A stretch of 48,099 bases of DNA from NCBI GenBank assembly GCA_964355375.1, contig CAYHFE010000001.1, forward strand, positions 27,891 through 75,989, written 5' to 3'. Each line of letters opens with the position of its first letter. Within the stretch, counting starts at the first letter, position 1. Below are positions 7,827-17,658 of the stretch, piece by piece. A program made the translations under genes and the position numbers. The DNA comes from an uncultured Verrucomicrobiota bacterium. GTDB taxonomy: Bacteria; Verrucomicrobiota; Verrucomicrobiia; Limisphaerales; SIBE01. The notes beneath the pieces are model-generated. The model ran no database searches, was not told the DNA's origin, and saw only the letters and a program-made list of their open reading frames with translations.

Positions 7827-9092
7827 ATGGATATTGCCCGTCCAGATGCGGCCAGAGCGCGGCGTCGGCGCCGCCTGCTTTACTCCGCCGGGAGTTTGGT
7901 GGTGCTCATTGCGATCACGCTCGGCTTGGCCAGGTTGAAGCCGGCCGCGCCGACGGTGGACCGGGCGCAAGTCTGGTTGGACACCGTCAAGCGAGGGGAA
8001 ATGCTCCGGCAAGTGCGCGGGAACGGCACCCTTGTGCCAGAGGAGATTCACTGGATTCCCGCCATGACCCCGGGCCGCATCGAACGCATCCGGGTGCTCC
8101 CGGGCGCGGAGGTCAAGGCGGACACCATCCTCGTGGAACTGGCCAATCCCGAAGTCGAACAAGCGGCCCTGGATGCCGAATGGCAGCTTAAAGCGGCCGA
8201 GGCTCAATCCAACAAGCTCAAGGTCCAGCTCGAAAGCGACCGTCTCAGCCAGGTGGCCCAAGCGGCTCAACTCAACTCAGAGTGTCTGGTCGCGAAGGTG
8301 GACGCGGAAGCAGACACCAAGCTCGAAGCCGAAAAGCTCGTTGACCGCCTCACCGCGCTGCGCTCGCGCACCAAATCCGAGCAATTGATCTTGCGCTGCG
8401 AGTTGGAGCAGAAGCGCCTCATCATTTTGGAACAAAACCACCAGGCGCAACTCGCCGCGCAGCAGGCGGAGTTGGAGAGATTCCGCGCCCTTCTGGCCCT
8501 CAAACGCAAACATCAGGCTGAACTCACGGTCCGCGCCGGGATTGACGGCGTGCTCCAGCGCCTGGGTGATCGCGATCCGCTTCAAGTCGGCCAACAACTC
8601 GCCGCCGGCGCAAACATCGCCCGCGTGGCGGATCCGGCCAAACTCAAAGCCGAGATCAGGGTGGTCGAAACCCAGGCCAAGGACATCGCCCACGGCCAGA
8701 AGGCGGTCATAGACACCCGCAACGGCACGGTTTCCGGGCGGGTGACGCGCATTGATCCTGCAGTCCAGAACGGCACCGTGACCGTGGATGTGGCGCTGGA
8801 AGGTCCCTTGCCGAAAGGAGCACGGCCTGATCTCACGGTGGAAGGCGTCATCGAGCTCGAGCTGCTCGCCAATGTCCTCTACGTCGGTCGCCCGGTGCAG
8901 GGCCAGTCGGAGAGCACCGTCGGGCTTTTCAAGCTCGACCCGGACGGTCACGACGCGACGCGCGTGCCCGTCAAACTCGGTCGCAGTTCGGTGAGCACTA
9001 TCGAGATTCTCGAGGGCCTCCGCGAGGGCGACCGCGTGATTCTCTCCGACATGTCCCAGTGGGACGCGCATAACCGGGTGAGACTCAATTAA
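7827..9092 (+). CDS. HlyD/MacA-type periplasmic adaptor (membrane fusion protein)
   Basis: N-terminal TM segment, a coiled-coil hairpin rich in A/Q/L/E, and a beta-barrel C-terminus ('GTVSGRVTRIDPAVQNGTVTVDV'). The ATG at 7827 is preferred over the TTG at 7809. Confidence 0.9.
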   Translation: MDIARPDAARARRRRRLLYSAGSLVVLIAITLGLARLKPAAPTVDRAQVWLDTVKRGEMLRQVRGNGTLVPEEIHWIPAMTPGRIERIRVLPGAEVKADTILVELANPEVEQAALDAEWQLKAAEAQSNKLKVQLESDRLSQVAQAAQLNSECLVAKVDAEADTKLEAEKLVDRLTALRSRTKSEQLILRCELEQKRLIILEQNHQAQLAAQQAELERFRALLALKRKHQAELTVRAGIDGVLQRLGDRDPLQVGQQLAAGANIARVADPAKLKAEIRVVETQAKDIAHGQKAVIDTRNGTVSGRVTRIDPAVQNGTVTVDVALEGPLPKGARPDLTVEGVIELELLANVLYVGRPVQGQSESTVGLFKLDPDGHDATRVPVKLGRSSVSTIEILEGLREGDRVILSDMSQWDAHNRVRLN

Positions 9093-9178
9093 TCCAAATG
9101 GTCCGGGGCGGGCGGTTCGTTGAAACCAAGTATCCGGACCATCCGCCGCGGACCAGGAACAATGAAAACAAACAACGT

Positions 9179-9934
9179 ATGACTACAAATGGTTCTCTCA
9201 TCAAACTGGAAGCGATCACGAAGGTGTTCTACACCGACGAGGTCGAAACCCACGCACTCTCGGGCGTCCATCTCGAGATTCGGAAGGGCGAGTACGTCTC
9301 GATTGCCGGCCCGTCTGGCTGCGGCAAGTCCACGCTGCTCGCGATTCTCGGCCTGCTCGACACGCCGACTGACGGGCGCTACGCGCTCAACGATCAGGAC
9401 GTTTCCAACCTCGACCACGCCGCGCGCGCGCGCATCCGCAACCGCGAGGTGGGCTTCATCTTTCAGAGCTTCAACCTCATCGGCGATCTCACGGTGTATG
9501 AGAACGTGGAGTTGCCGCTGACGTATCGCAACCTTCCCGCCGCCGAACGCAAACAGCGCGCGAACGAAGCGCTCGAAAAGGTCGGCATGTCGCATCGCAT
9601 GAAGCATTACCCGTCGCAGCTTTCGGGTGGCCAGCAGCAGCGGGTGGCCGTGGCCCGCGCTCTCGGCGGCAAACCCTCCATCCTGCTCGCGGACGAACCG
9701 ACTGGCAATCTCGACTCCAAGAACGGTGAAGCGGTGATGGAATTGTTGCGCGACCTGCACCGCGAAGGCGCGACGATCTGCATGGTCACGCACGACCAAC
9801 GCTTCGCGCGGCATGCGGATCGGACCGTGCATCTGTTTGATGGACGCATCGTGGACGAGGACTTGGGGGCACAGCGAGCGAATGAATCTCTGGATACGAT
9901 TGCTGCGGCGCAAGGCCAAGCCTCATTCAAGTGA
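9179..9934 (+). CDS. ABC transporter ATP-binding protein, MacB/LolD type
   Basis: Walker A 'GPSGCGKST', signature 'LSGGQQQRVAVARAL', Walker B 'ILLADEPTGNLD', H-loop 'VTHD'. The ATG at 9179 ('MTTNGSLIKLE') is preferred over 9098. Confidence 0.93.
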   Translation: MTTNGSLIKLEAITKVFYTDEVETHALSGVHLEIRKGEYVSIAGPSGCGKSTLLAILGLLDTPTDGRYALNDQDVSNLDHAARARIRNREVGFIFQSFNLIGDLTVYENVELPLTYRNLPAAERKQRANEALEKVGMSHRMKHYPSQLSGGQQQRVAVARALGGKPSILLADEPTGNLDSKNGEAVMELLRDLHREGATICMVTHDQRFARHADRTVHLFDGRIVDEDLGAQRANESLDTIAAAQGQASFK

Positions 9935-9985
9935 CACGTCTCGTGGCCCTCTGGCTGGAGAAAGAGCATCCTGCGCCAACGGATG

Positions 9986-10031
9986 TCCTGAACACTGAAT
10001 ACTGAACACTGAACACTGAGCACTGAGCACG
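9986..10031. repeat. tandem heptanucleotide repeat (YMCTGAR, about 6 units)
   Basis: 'tcctgaa cactgaa tactgaa cactgaa cactgag cactgag cacg', ending 5 nt before the ATG of the first ADOP gene. Confidence 0.85.
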
Positions 10032-10036
10032 TCCCC

Positions 10037-12583
10037 ATGAACGACCTCCGCTTCGCCCTCCGCATGTTGCTGAAGAAGCCCGGCTTCACTTTGGTAGCCA
10101 TGCTAACCCTTGCCCTCGGAATTGGTGCCAACACCACCGTGTTCAGCCTGGTCAACGCCTTCCTGCTCCGCCCAATGGTCGGCCAGCGCGAGGGCGAGCT
10201 TGTCCAGTGTTACAGCCGCGATACAGGGCGACCGGACACTTATCGTCCCTTCTCCTATCCGAACTACCTCGATCTGCGTGAGCAGAACCAGGTTTTTTCC
10301 CATTTGCTCGCTTATGAGCTGGCGGAGGTGGGAGTCACCGAGGACGAGGTTTCCCGGCGGGTGATGACCTGCCTGGTGACTGCCAACTACTTCACGACTT
10401 TTGGCATCATCATGGCCCGTGGACGAACCTTCAGTGCTGAGGAGGAGCAACCCGGCAGCACCATCCCTGTGGTGATTCTCAGCCACAGCGCGTGGATGGC
10501 TCGCGGAGGAGACCCGGACATTCTCGGAAAGACCCTCAGGATTGAAAACCGGCCCCATACCATCGTCGGCGTGGCGCCGCCGGACTTTACCCACCCGATG
10601 ATGATCGTGTCGCCTCAGTTTTGGCTGCCGCTGGGAATGCATGATGCGCTGCAGCGTCCTTCGGTTTCGGGCAAGGTCACGCACTTGTCGGATCGCAGCC
10701 AGCATAGTCTGTTGGTGGTTGGCCAGCTCAAACCCGGCGTCACACGGCCCGGCGCCGACGCCGACCTGCATCGCCTGGCAGTTCAAATGCAGACGGCATT
10801 CCCGGCGGAGAACAAGGACCAGACGATCCTCGTCCATCCCCTCCCTCGACTGACCATCGGCCCTTGGCCTGAGGTCGGGAGTGCCGGACGGGCCTTTGTA
10901 GTTGGTCGCATCACTCCAATGCTCTTCGCTCTGGCCGGGGCGGTCCATCTGATCGCCTGTCTAAATCTCGCGAACCTGCTTCTGGCTCGGGCATCTGGGC
11001 GACGCAAGGAAATCGCTCTGCGCCTCGCACTTGGCGCCCAGCGCTTCCAGATCATGAGGCAGTTGTTGATGGAGGCAGCCTTGCTGTCTCTGCTGGGGGG
11101 AGGTGTGAGTGTCCTTCTGGCCGCCGGGTCCACTCGATGGTTTGCTCTGTCAGCCATTCCTGCGCTTCCGTATATCCCGGTGGTCAATGCGACCCCTGAT
11201 TTGCGTGTGCTCGCCGCGACTGCGGGATTTTGCATGTTAAGCATCCTGCTGTTTGGCCTGGTGCCGGCCTGGCGCCTTTCGCGTCCCGACCTGGCAGAAG
11301 ACCTCAAGGAGCGCGGGAGTGAACCCGTCTCAGCGATTTCGGGAAGAGGTTTGTTTGCGATGCGCAACCAGTTGGTTATTGCCCAACTGATGATCTCCCT
11401 AGCCTTGTTAATTACGGCCGCTCTCTTTATTCGCGGCGCCATCAACGCGGCCCGCGTGAACCCCGGATTCGAGCTGAAGAATGGCCTGGTGGTTGAAGTG
11501 GACGCGGCCATGGCGGGTTACGATGAGGTGCGCGGTCGCCAAACTCTTCAAGCATTGGTGGAACGGTTACGGGGATTGCCAGGAGTGGAGAGTGTCAGTC
11601 TTGCGGCCTCAGTTCCGTTTGGGTTCAGGGAAGGGCGGGAGGTCAGCCGGGTGGGAGTCACACCGATGGAGTCGGCGAAGGTGGAGTCCGCCTCTGCGGA
11701 CGGGTGGTTCGGAGCCGACTACAATGTTGTGGGAGCGGATTACTTCCAAACGGTGCGGCTGCCACTCCTGAGCGGGCGTGAATTCAACCCAACGGAAATG
11801 GAGCCCGGACCAGCCACGAGTGTGGCGGTCATTGACCAGGATCTGGCGAACAAACTGTGGCCCGGCGAGCAAGCTCTGGGCCGCCAGTTGCAGGTGGCGA
11901 GTGGCACGCCGGCAGAGGCCCCACGGATTCTGGAGATCGTTGGTGTAGTCCCAACCGTGCGCAACAACATCATTGAGTCGCGACCGGTACCACACCTGTA
12001 CGTTCCCTCGGGGCGTGAATATCGTTCCAAGATGTACCTCCATTTGCGTGTGGTGCCACGAGGTCGCGCGAACGAGCTGGCCTTGCTTCGAGTCGTACGA
12101 GATGCCATCCGCGCGATGGATCCGATATTGCCTGTAACCTCACTGAAACCGCTGGCGGATCTGCCGAAAGACACGCGCGATTTGTGGTTGGTGAAGTCCG
12201 GAGCCCAGATGTTCGTGGTTTTCGGGTGTTTGGCCCTGGTCCTGGCCCTGGTTGGAGTCTATGGCGTCATGAGCTTCGCGGTAGCTCGTCGCACCCGGGA
12301 GATTGGTATCCGGATTGCCTTGGGCGCCACAGCGTCCAAGGTGCTTTGGATGACGCTGCGCGAAGGATTGCTGCTGACCGCCGTCGGCTTGGGCCTTGGA
12401 GTATTACTTGCGGCAGCGGCAGGTCGGTTGCTTGGCGGTTTGTTGTATGGAGTTAGCTCCTTGGATCCTCTGGCTTTCACCTTCGCTCCTCTGTTGCTGG
12501 CAGCGACTGCCACTTTGGCGTGCTACTTCCCGGCGCGCCGTGCGGTCAAAGTGGATCCCATGGTGGCACTGAGAAATGAATGA
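10037..12583 (+). CDS. ADOP-family duplicated FtsX/MacB-type ABC permease, paralog 1
   Basis: 848 aa. Has the family-typical N-terminus 'MNDLRFALRMLLKKPGFTLVAMLTLALGIGANT', two MacB_PCD+FtsX halves, and the C-terminus '[17 protein letters not shown]'. Confidence 0.92.
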   Translation: MNDLRFALRMLLKKPGFTLVAMLTLALGIGANTTVFSLVNAFLLRPMVGQREGELVQCYSRDTGRPDTYRPFSYPNYLDLREQNQVFSHLLAYELAEVGVTEDEVSRRVMTCLVTANYFTTFGIIMARGRTFSAEEEQPGSTIPVVILSHSAWMARGGDPDILGKTLRIENRPHTIVGVAPPDFTHPMMIVSPQFWLPLGMHDALQRPSVSGKVTHLSDRSQHSLLVVGQLKPGVTRPGADADLHRLAVQMQTAFPAENKDQTILVHPLPRLTIGPWPEVGSAGRAFVVGRITPMLFALAGAVHLIACLNLANLLLARASGRRKEIALRLALGAQRFQIMRQLLMEAALLSLLGGGVSVLLAAGSTRWFALSAIPALPYIPVVNATPDLRVLAATAGFCMLSILLFGLVPAWRLSRPDLAEDLKERGSEPVSAISGRGLFAMRNQLVIAQLMISLALLITAALFIRGAINAARVNPGFELKNGLVVEVDAAMAGYDEVRGRQTLQALVERLRGLPGVESVSLAASVPFGFREGREVSRVGVTPMESAKVESASADGWFGADYNVVGADYFQTVRLPLLSGREFNPTEMEPGPATSVAVIDQDLANKLWPGEQALGRQLQVASGTPAEAPRILEIVGVVPTVRNNIIESRPVPHLYVPSGREYRSKMYLHLRVVPRGRANELALLRVVRDAIRAMDPILPVTSLKPLADLPKDTRDLWLVKSGAQMFVVFGCLALVLALVGVYGVMSFAVARRTREIGIRIALGATASKVLWMTLREGLLLTAVGLGLGVLLAAAAGRLLGGLLYGVSSLDPLAFTFAPLLLAATATLACYFPARRAVKVDPMVALRNE

Positions 12584-12630
12584 AGAGAAGCGAGTTGGAG
12601 TGAAGCGTGATACGCGACGCAGTCTGAAAA

Positions 12631-12663
12631 CGACCGACCGACCACGGACCACGGACCACGGAG
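12631..12663. repeat. tandem tetramer (cgac x3) plus heptamer (cacggac x3) repeat
   Basis: 'cgaccgaccgac cacggac cacggac cacggag', lying 27 nt upstream of the ATG of ADOP paralog 2. Confidence 0.8.
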
Positions 12664-12690
12664 TGGATAATTGACAACGGGCAACGACCC

Positions 12691-15099
12691 ATGAACGACC
12701 TCCGCTTCGCCTTCCGCCAGTTGTGCAAGCACCCCGGCTTCACCGCCGTGGCTGTGCTGACGCTCGCGCTGGGCATCGGGGCGAACAGCGCCCTGTTCAG
12801 CCTGGTGAACAAGGTCTTGTTAAGCCCGCTGCCCTTTCCGGACCCGGAGCGCCTGATGTTGCTCCACGCGACGGACCTGGCCAACAACAGGGAGGAGATG
12901 GGGGTATCAGGACTCGACTACCTCGACTGGTGTGCCGGCTCGAAGTCCTTTGCCGCCATCGGAGCGGTTCAGTTTGGAGGCAAACTCAACCTCTCCGGCC
13001 GCGGAGAACCCGTGGCGCTCCGCGGCGTTCTGGTCACCCCGAGTTTCTTCGACGTGTTCGAGTTCCCCATGCGGCTGGGGCGGAAATTTCGCCAGGACGA
13101 GTCCGAGCCCGGAATGGAGAAGGTGGTCGTTCTGAGTCATGGCCTCTGGCAGCGCGTCTTTGGCGGCGATACGAATATCATCGCTCAGACGGTCACGCTC
13201 GATGGTGAATCTTACGTAGTGGTTGGTGTCGGTGCGCGCGTGTCGGGCTTCCTCGAAGAAATGCTTGAAATCTACGCGCCCCTGCCCGACGCGCAGTTGC
13301 GGGCCAGCCGCGGCAACGCGACTCTGACCGTCTTTGGACGGCTGAGGCCGACGGTCTCGGTGGAACAGGCGGCGGCCGAACTCCGCACGATCACCGCGGC
13401 CATTGGGTTGGAGCATCCAGGCTACAAGAACCGCAGCGCCACAGTCGTTCCGCTCCGCGACCGCTTGGTGAGAGAGGTCCGTCCGGCGTTCCTGGTGCTG
13501 TATGCCGCGGTGTTGCTGGTGTTGGGCATCGCTTGCGCCAACGTCGCCAACCTCCTGTTGGCTCGCGGGGAAGCCCGTCGCAAGGAGATCGCCGTCCGCG
13601 CCGCCCTGGGCGCGGGTCGCGGGCGGATCATTCGACAACTGCTGACGGAGAGCGTGCTGCTCTCGCTGGCCGGCGCCGCGGTGGGATTGGCCTTCGCCCA
13701 GTTTGGCCTTGAGCTGCTGCGATATTACGCGCCCAGAATCGGCGACGAACCCGTGCCGTTCCTCGACGAAATCGAGATTGATGGCCGGGTGCTGCTCTTC
13801 ACCCTGGGGGTCGCCGTATTGACCGGAATCCTCTTTGGCCTGGCCCCAGCCTGGAGTGCGGCCAAGGTCAATCTGATGGACACGCTCAAGGAGGCCTCGC
13901 GCGGCAGCTCGGGGACCGTGCGGAGTCATCGTCTGTTGAACTCGTTCGTCGTCACCCAATTGGCGCTCTCCGTGGTGTTGCTGGTGGGCGCGGGTCTGCT
14001 CGTGCGGAGCTATGCCCGTCTGACGCGGGTCCATCCGGGCTTTGACCCCAGCCAGTTGCTGACGATGGCAACGGAACTTTCGCACGCCCCCTACACGAGC
14101 GAGGCCCGGCGCCGGCAGTTCTACCAGGCGGTGTTGGAAGCGGTGCGCGCCCTGCCGAACGTGGAGTCGGCCGAGGCCATCAACATTCTCCCCATGAACG
14201 GCCGCGGTGCCGGCATGTCATTTGACTTGGAGGGCGCCGAACCGCTGCCGCCCGGACGCTTCCGAATGGCCGAGTATGGGATCGTCAGTCCCGGTTGTTT
14301 CCAGGCGATGCGGATTCCGTTGCGGCAAGGCCGGCACCTGACGCCGGCCGATGACGGCCAGCACCAGGTCGCGCTGGTCAACGAGGCATTCGTGCGCCGC
14401 CACCTGCCCGATGTGAATCCGCTGGGCCGGCGGATCAGGCAACACACCGGCCAGACCAACTGGGTTGAGATCGTCGGCGTCGTGGCGGATGTGAAGGACT
14501 CCGGGCTGGGGCACAAGACTCGGCCGGCCCTCTATCAGCCGCTCACCCAAACGTGCTGGTCCCGGATGTCACTGGTGATCCGGACCCGGGGGGAGCCCGC
14601 GCGCCTCGCGCGCACCGTGCAGGAGCAAATCTGGCGAATCGATGCGGCGCAGCCCGTGACCAATATCAAACCCATGCAAGAGTGGGTCCGCCAATCGGTC
14701 TCCGTCGAGCGGTTTTCGGCGGAACTGCTGCTGGGCTTCGCGTTGATCGGCCTGGTTCTGGCTGCCATTGGCCTCTTTGGTGTGCTGGCTTACGCCGTGA
14801 GCCAGCGGACGCACGAATTTGGGATCCGGCTGGCGATGGGTGCTCAGATCGGTGAGATCCTCCGCCTGGTGCTGATCCAAGGCTTGAAGGTGGCCGGACT
14901 GGGCTTGGGACTCGGACTCGCCGGCGCGCTGGCGTTGAGCGTGGTCTTGCAGAGTCTCCTCTTCGAAATGCGCGCCCAGGATCCGCTGACGTTCCTCGTC
15001 GTCGTCCTCTTTCTCGGGTTGGTCGCCCTGGCCGCCTGTTATCTGCCAGCCCAGCGAGCCACGAAGGTTGATCCGATGGTGGCTCTAAGATGCGAATAG
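12691..15099 (+). CDS. ADOP-family duplicated FtsX/MacB-type ABC permease, paralog 2
   Basis: 802 aa. N-terminus 'MNDLRFAFRQLCKHPGFTAVAVLTLALGIGANS', C-terminus '[11 protein letters not shown]'. Confidence 0.92.
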   Translation: MNDLRFAFRQLCKHPGFTAVAVLTLALGIGANSALFSLVNKVLLSPLPFPDPERLMLLHATDLANNREEMGVSGLDYLDWCAGSKSFAAIGAVQFGGKLNLSGRGEPVALRGVLVTPSFFDVFEFPMRLGRKFRQDESEPGMEKVVVLSHGLWQRVFGGDTNIIAQTVTLDGESYVVVGVGARVSGFLEEMLEIYAPLPDAQLRASRGNATLTVFGRLRPTVSVEQAAAELRTITAAIGLEHPGYKNRSATVVPLRDRLVREVRPAFLVLYAAVLLVLGIACANVANLLLARGEARRKEIAVRAALGAGRGRIIRQLLTESVLLSLAGAAVGLAFAQFGLELLRYYAPRIGDEPVPFLDEIEIDGRVLLFTLGVAVLTGILFGLAPAWSAAKVNLMDTLKEASRGSSGTVRSHRLLNSFVVTQLALSVVLLVGAGLLVRSYARLTRVHPGFDPSQLLTMATELSHAPYTSEARRRQFYQAVLEAVRALPNVESAEAINILPMNGRGAGMSFDLEGAEPLPPGRFRMAEYGIVSPGCFQAMRIPLRQGRHLTPADDGQHQVALVNEAFVRRHLPDVNPLGRRIRQHTGQTNWVEIVGVVADVKDSGLGHKTRPALYQPLTQTCWSRMSLVIRTRGEPARLARTVQEQIWRIDAAQPVTNIKPMQEWVRQSVSVERFSAELLLGFALIGLVLAAIGLFGVLAYAVSQRTHEFGIRLAMGAQIGEILRLVLIQGLKVAGLGLGLGLAGALALSVVLQSLLFEMRAQDPLTFLVVVLFLGLVALAACYLPAQRATKVDPMVALRCE

Positions 15100-15114
15100 A
15101 GAACCAGATTTCTT

Positions 15115-17553
15115 ATGAACAATCTTCGTTTCGCCTTGCGCCAACTGCTGAAGAATCCTGGTTTCACCGCCGTGGTGGTGATCACGCTCGCGTTGGGCAT
15201 CGGCGTGAACACGCTGGTCTTCAGTGTGGTGAATGCGGTGCTCTTGCAGCCGATCCCCGTTCGAAGTCCCGAACGGCTGGTCAATCTCTTCACCAGCCGC
15301 GAGGGTCTTCGCTACGGGCGCTCGAGCTATGCCGATTACCAGGACTTGCGGGACCGCGCGGACGTTTTCTCCGGCGTCCTGGCGCGCTGTTACTGGCCGG
15401 TCAGCGTGGGCAACGGTAAATCGAAACCCGAGGTCGTGCTGGGCAATCTCGTCTCCCGAAACTATTTCGAGGTGTTGGGCGTGAAGCCATTGTTGGGCCG
15501 TGCCTTCTCCACGACGGAAGGAAACATCGAAGGCGCCGATCCGGTCGTGGTTCTGAGCCACCGCTTCTGGAAGCGCCGCTTAGCCGCGAATCCGGACGTA
15601 GTGGGGCGGACCCTGTTGTTGAACTCCCGTACCTTCACGGTCATCGGCGTCGCACCGGAAGGATTCACCGGCTTGATGACCGGCATCCCTGAAGACGTCT
15701 GGATTCCGATCACGATGAAGGCGGGCGTCCATCCCGGGGACATCCCGCTGGAGAGCCGTGGCGACGGTTGGATGGATGTGGTGGCTCGGCTCAAGGACGG
15801 AGTGAGCCTCCCGCAGGCCCAAGCCGCAGCAAAAACTCTCGCTTCCCACCTGGCTCAGGAGTACCCGGATGCCAACAAGGACAAGCAATTCGTTCTGGTG
15901 GACGGTCAACTCAGCCGGTTCCCGGTCATGGAGTTGGCCCAGGGGCTGCGGGCGTTCACCGCGATTCTGACCATCGTGGTCGCCTTGGTACTGCTCTTGA
16001 CCTGCGCGAACGTGGCCAACCTCTTGTTCAGTCGGGCGGCCGCTCGAGAGCAAGAAATGGCGATGCGGCTGGCGCTGGGGGCCGGTCGAGGGCGCATCAT
16101 CCGACAACTGCTCACCGAAAGCGTAGTGCTGGCAGTGCTGGGCGGAGCGGTCGGTGTGCTCCTCGCGTCGTGGGGGCTGCAATTGCTGGCTCTCCTGAAA
16201 CCACCGTCGATGATGATCCCCGTCGGGCTGGAAATCCCCTTGAACGCTCGGGTGCTGGGCTACACGGCGGGACTGTCCGTGCTCGTGGGTCTGCTGTTCG
16301 GTTTGGCCCCGGCTTGGCGAAGCAGCAGCTTGCGACTGTACGGGTCTCTTCGCTCAAGCCATCTCGATGCCAGTTCACGACCGAGGCATTGGGCGCGGCT
16401 CCAGCGAGGGTTGGTGGCAGTGCAAGTGGCCCTTTCCTTCATCCTGCTGGCAGCGGCCGGATTGTGTTTGAAAAGCCTGCATGTCACGTTGCGGATGGAT
16501 CCCGGCTTTGACGCCCGTCACGGGATGATGGCCCAGCTCAACCTGGCTTACGGCAACTACGATGAGACCAAGGGCCGCCTTTTTTACGCGCAGTTGCTCG
16601 AGCGCGTGCGACAGTTGCCCGGCGTGCAGGCGGCCAGCCTGGCGGTCATCCCGCCGCTGAGCTACGCGAAGACCCAGTTGAAGGTTGAAGTGGATGGCTA
16701 TCAACCGCGCTCGGGTGAATCGCTCATCCTCGAGCACAACATCGTCTCGTCCGACTACTTCGAGACCCTGGCGATTCCCATCGTCCAAGGCCGCCCGATT
16801 GATGACCGGGACCAGAAGGAGAGCGCGCCTGTGGTGGTCGTCAACGAGACCATGGCCAGGAAATTCTGGGGTGCGGAAAGTCCTCTCGATCGAATGGTGA
16901 CCCTGAATGGCAACAAGACGCGCGTCGTGGGTGTCGCCAAAGACGGGAAGTATTTTCAACTCGCCGAGGCTCCCCAGCCCCATTTCTACGTGCCTTTGAG
17001 CCATGCTCATGTCCCGTTCACCAGCCTGCTGGTGAAGGCAGCGGGCGACCCGCGCGCGCTGATTGGTCCGGTGCTCCGCGAACTGGAGCGGCTGGACCCC
17101 AACCTGCCGATCACCGACGTGAAGACCCTGGCCCAGCAGATGGAGCTCCAGCATTACCCGACGCGCATCACGGCCGCGACCGTTGGGGCCTTCGGGCTGT
17201 TGGCTCTCGCCCTGGCGACCGTGGGTGTTTATGGGGTGATGGCCTACGCGGTGCGGCAACGCACGCACGAACTGGGGGTGCGCACGGCGCTGGGGGCGAG
17301 CCGCCGACAAATCCTGGCGTTGGTTTTGCGCCAGGGACTGCGGACCACTCTGGTCGGGGCCGGCGTTGGCATCGTCGGAGCCGTCGGAGCCGCGCGGCTC
17401 CTGGCGGGCTTCTTGTACGGGGTGAGTTCACGCGAACCGGTGGTCTTTGCCGCGGTCGCAACGCTGTTGGGAGTTGCGGCGCTTCTCGCCTGCTACCTCC
17501 CTGCGCGCCGCGCGGCGAAAGTCGATCCGATGGTGGCGCTGCGTTGTGAATGA
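15115..17553 (+). CDS. ADOP-family duplicated FtsX/MacB-type ABC permease, paralog 3
   Basis: 812 aa. N-terminus '[33 protein letters not shown]', C-terminus '[11 protein letters not shown]'. It starts only 15 nt after paralog 2. Confidence 0.92.
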   Translation: MNNLRFALRQLLKNPGFTAVVVITLALGIGVNTLVFSVVNAVLLQPIPVRSPERLVNLFTSREGLRYGRSSYADYQDLRDRADVFSGVLARCYWPVSVGNGKSKPEVVLGNLVSRNYFEVLGVKPLLGRAFSTTEGNIEGADPVVVLSHRFWKRRLAANPDVVGRTLLLNSRTFTVIGVAPEGFTGLMTGIPEDVWIPITMKAGVHPGDIPLESRGDGWMDVVARLKDGVSLPQAQAAAKTLASHLAQEYPDANKDKQFVLVDGQLSRFPVMELAQGLRAFTAILTIVVALVLLLTCANVANLLFSRAAAREQEMAMRLALGAGRGRIIRQLLTESVVLAVLGGAVGVLLASWGLQLLALLKPPSMMIPVGLEIPLNARVLGYTAGLSVLVGLLFGLAPAWRSSSLRLYGSLRSSHLDASSRPRHWARLQRGLVAVQVALSFILLAAAGLCLKSLHVTLRMDPGFDARHGMMAQLNLAYGNYDETKGRLFYAQLLERVRQLPGVQAASLAVIPPLSYAKTQLKVEVDGYQPRSGESLILEHNIVSSDYFETLAIPIVQGRPIDDRDQKESAPVVVVNETMARKFWGAESPLDRMVTLNGNKTRVVGVAKDGKYFQLAEAPQPHFYVPLSHAHVPFTSLLVKAAGDPRALIGPVLRELERLDPNLPITDVKTLAQQMELQHYPTRITAATVGAFGLLALALATVGVYGVMAYAVRQRTHELGVRTALGASRRQILALVLRQGLRTTLVGAGVGIVGAVGAARLLAGFLYGVSSREPVVFAAVATLLGVAALLACYLPARRAAKVDPMVALRCE

Positions 17554-17616
17554 AGAACGAGAATGCCAAATGAAGAAGGCGTCCCAGACCGTTTGCAGCC
17601 ACGCTCTCGCTCGGAG

Positions 17617-17644
17617 CCGCTCCTTCTGCCTTCGACCTCCTGTC
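17617..17644. repeat. 14-nt tandem repeat x2
   Basis: 'tgccttcgacctcc' then 'tgtcttcgaccttg', lying 14 nt upstream of the ATG of ADOP paralog 4. Confidence 0.7.
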
Positions 17645-17658
17645 TTCGACCTTGCCCT

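Noticed and set aside
9607-10155. Minus-strand ORF that translates the heptamer repeat as 'CSVLSVQCSVFSVQ'.
   Set aside because: It overlaps the well-supported ATPase and ADOP-1 genes on the other strand. The repeat is better explained as non-coding intergenic SSR.
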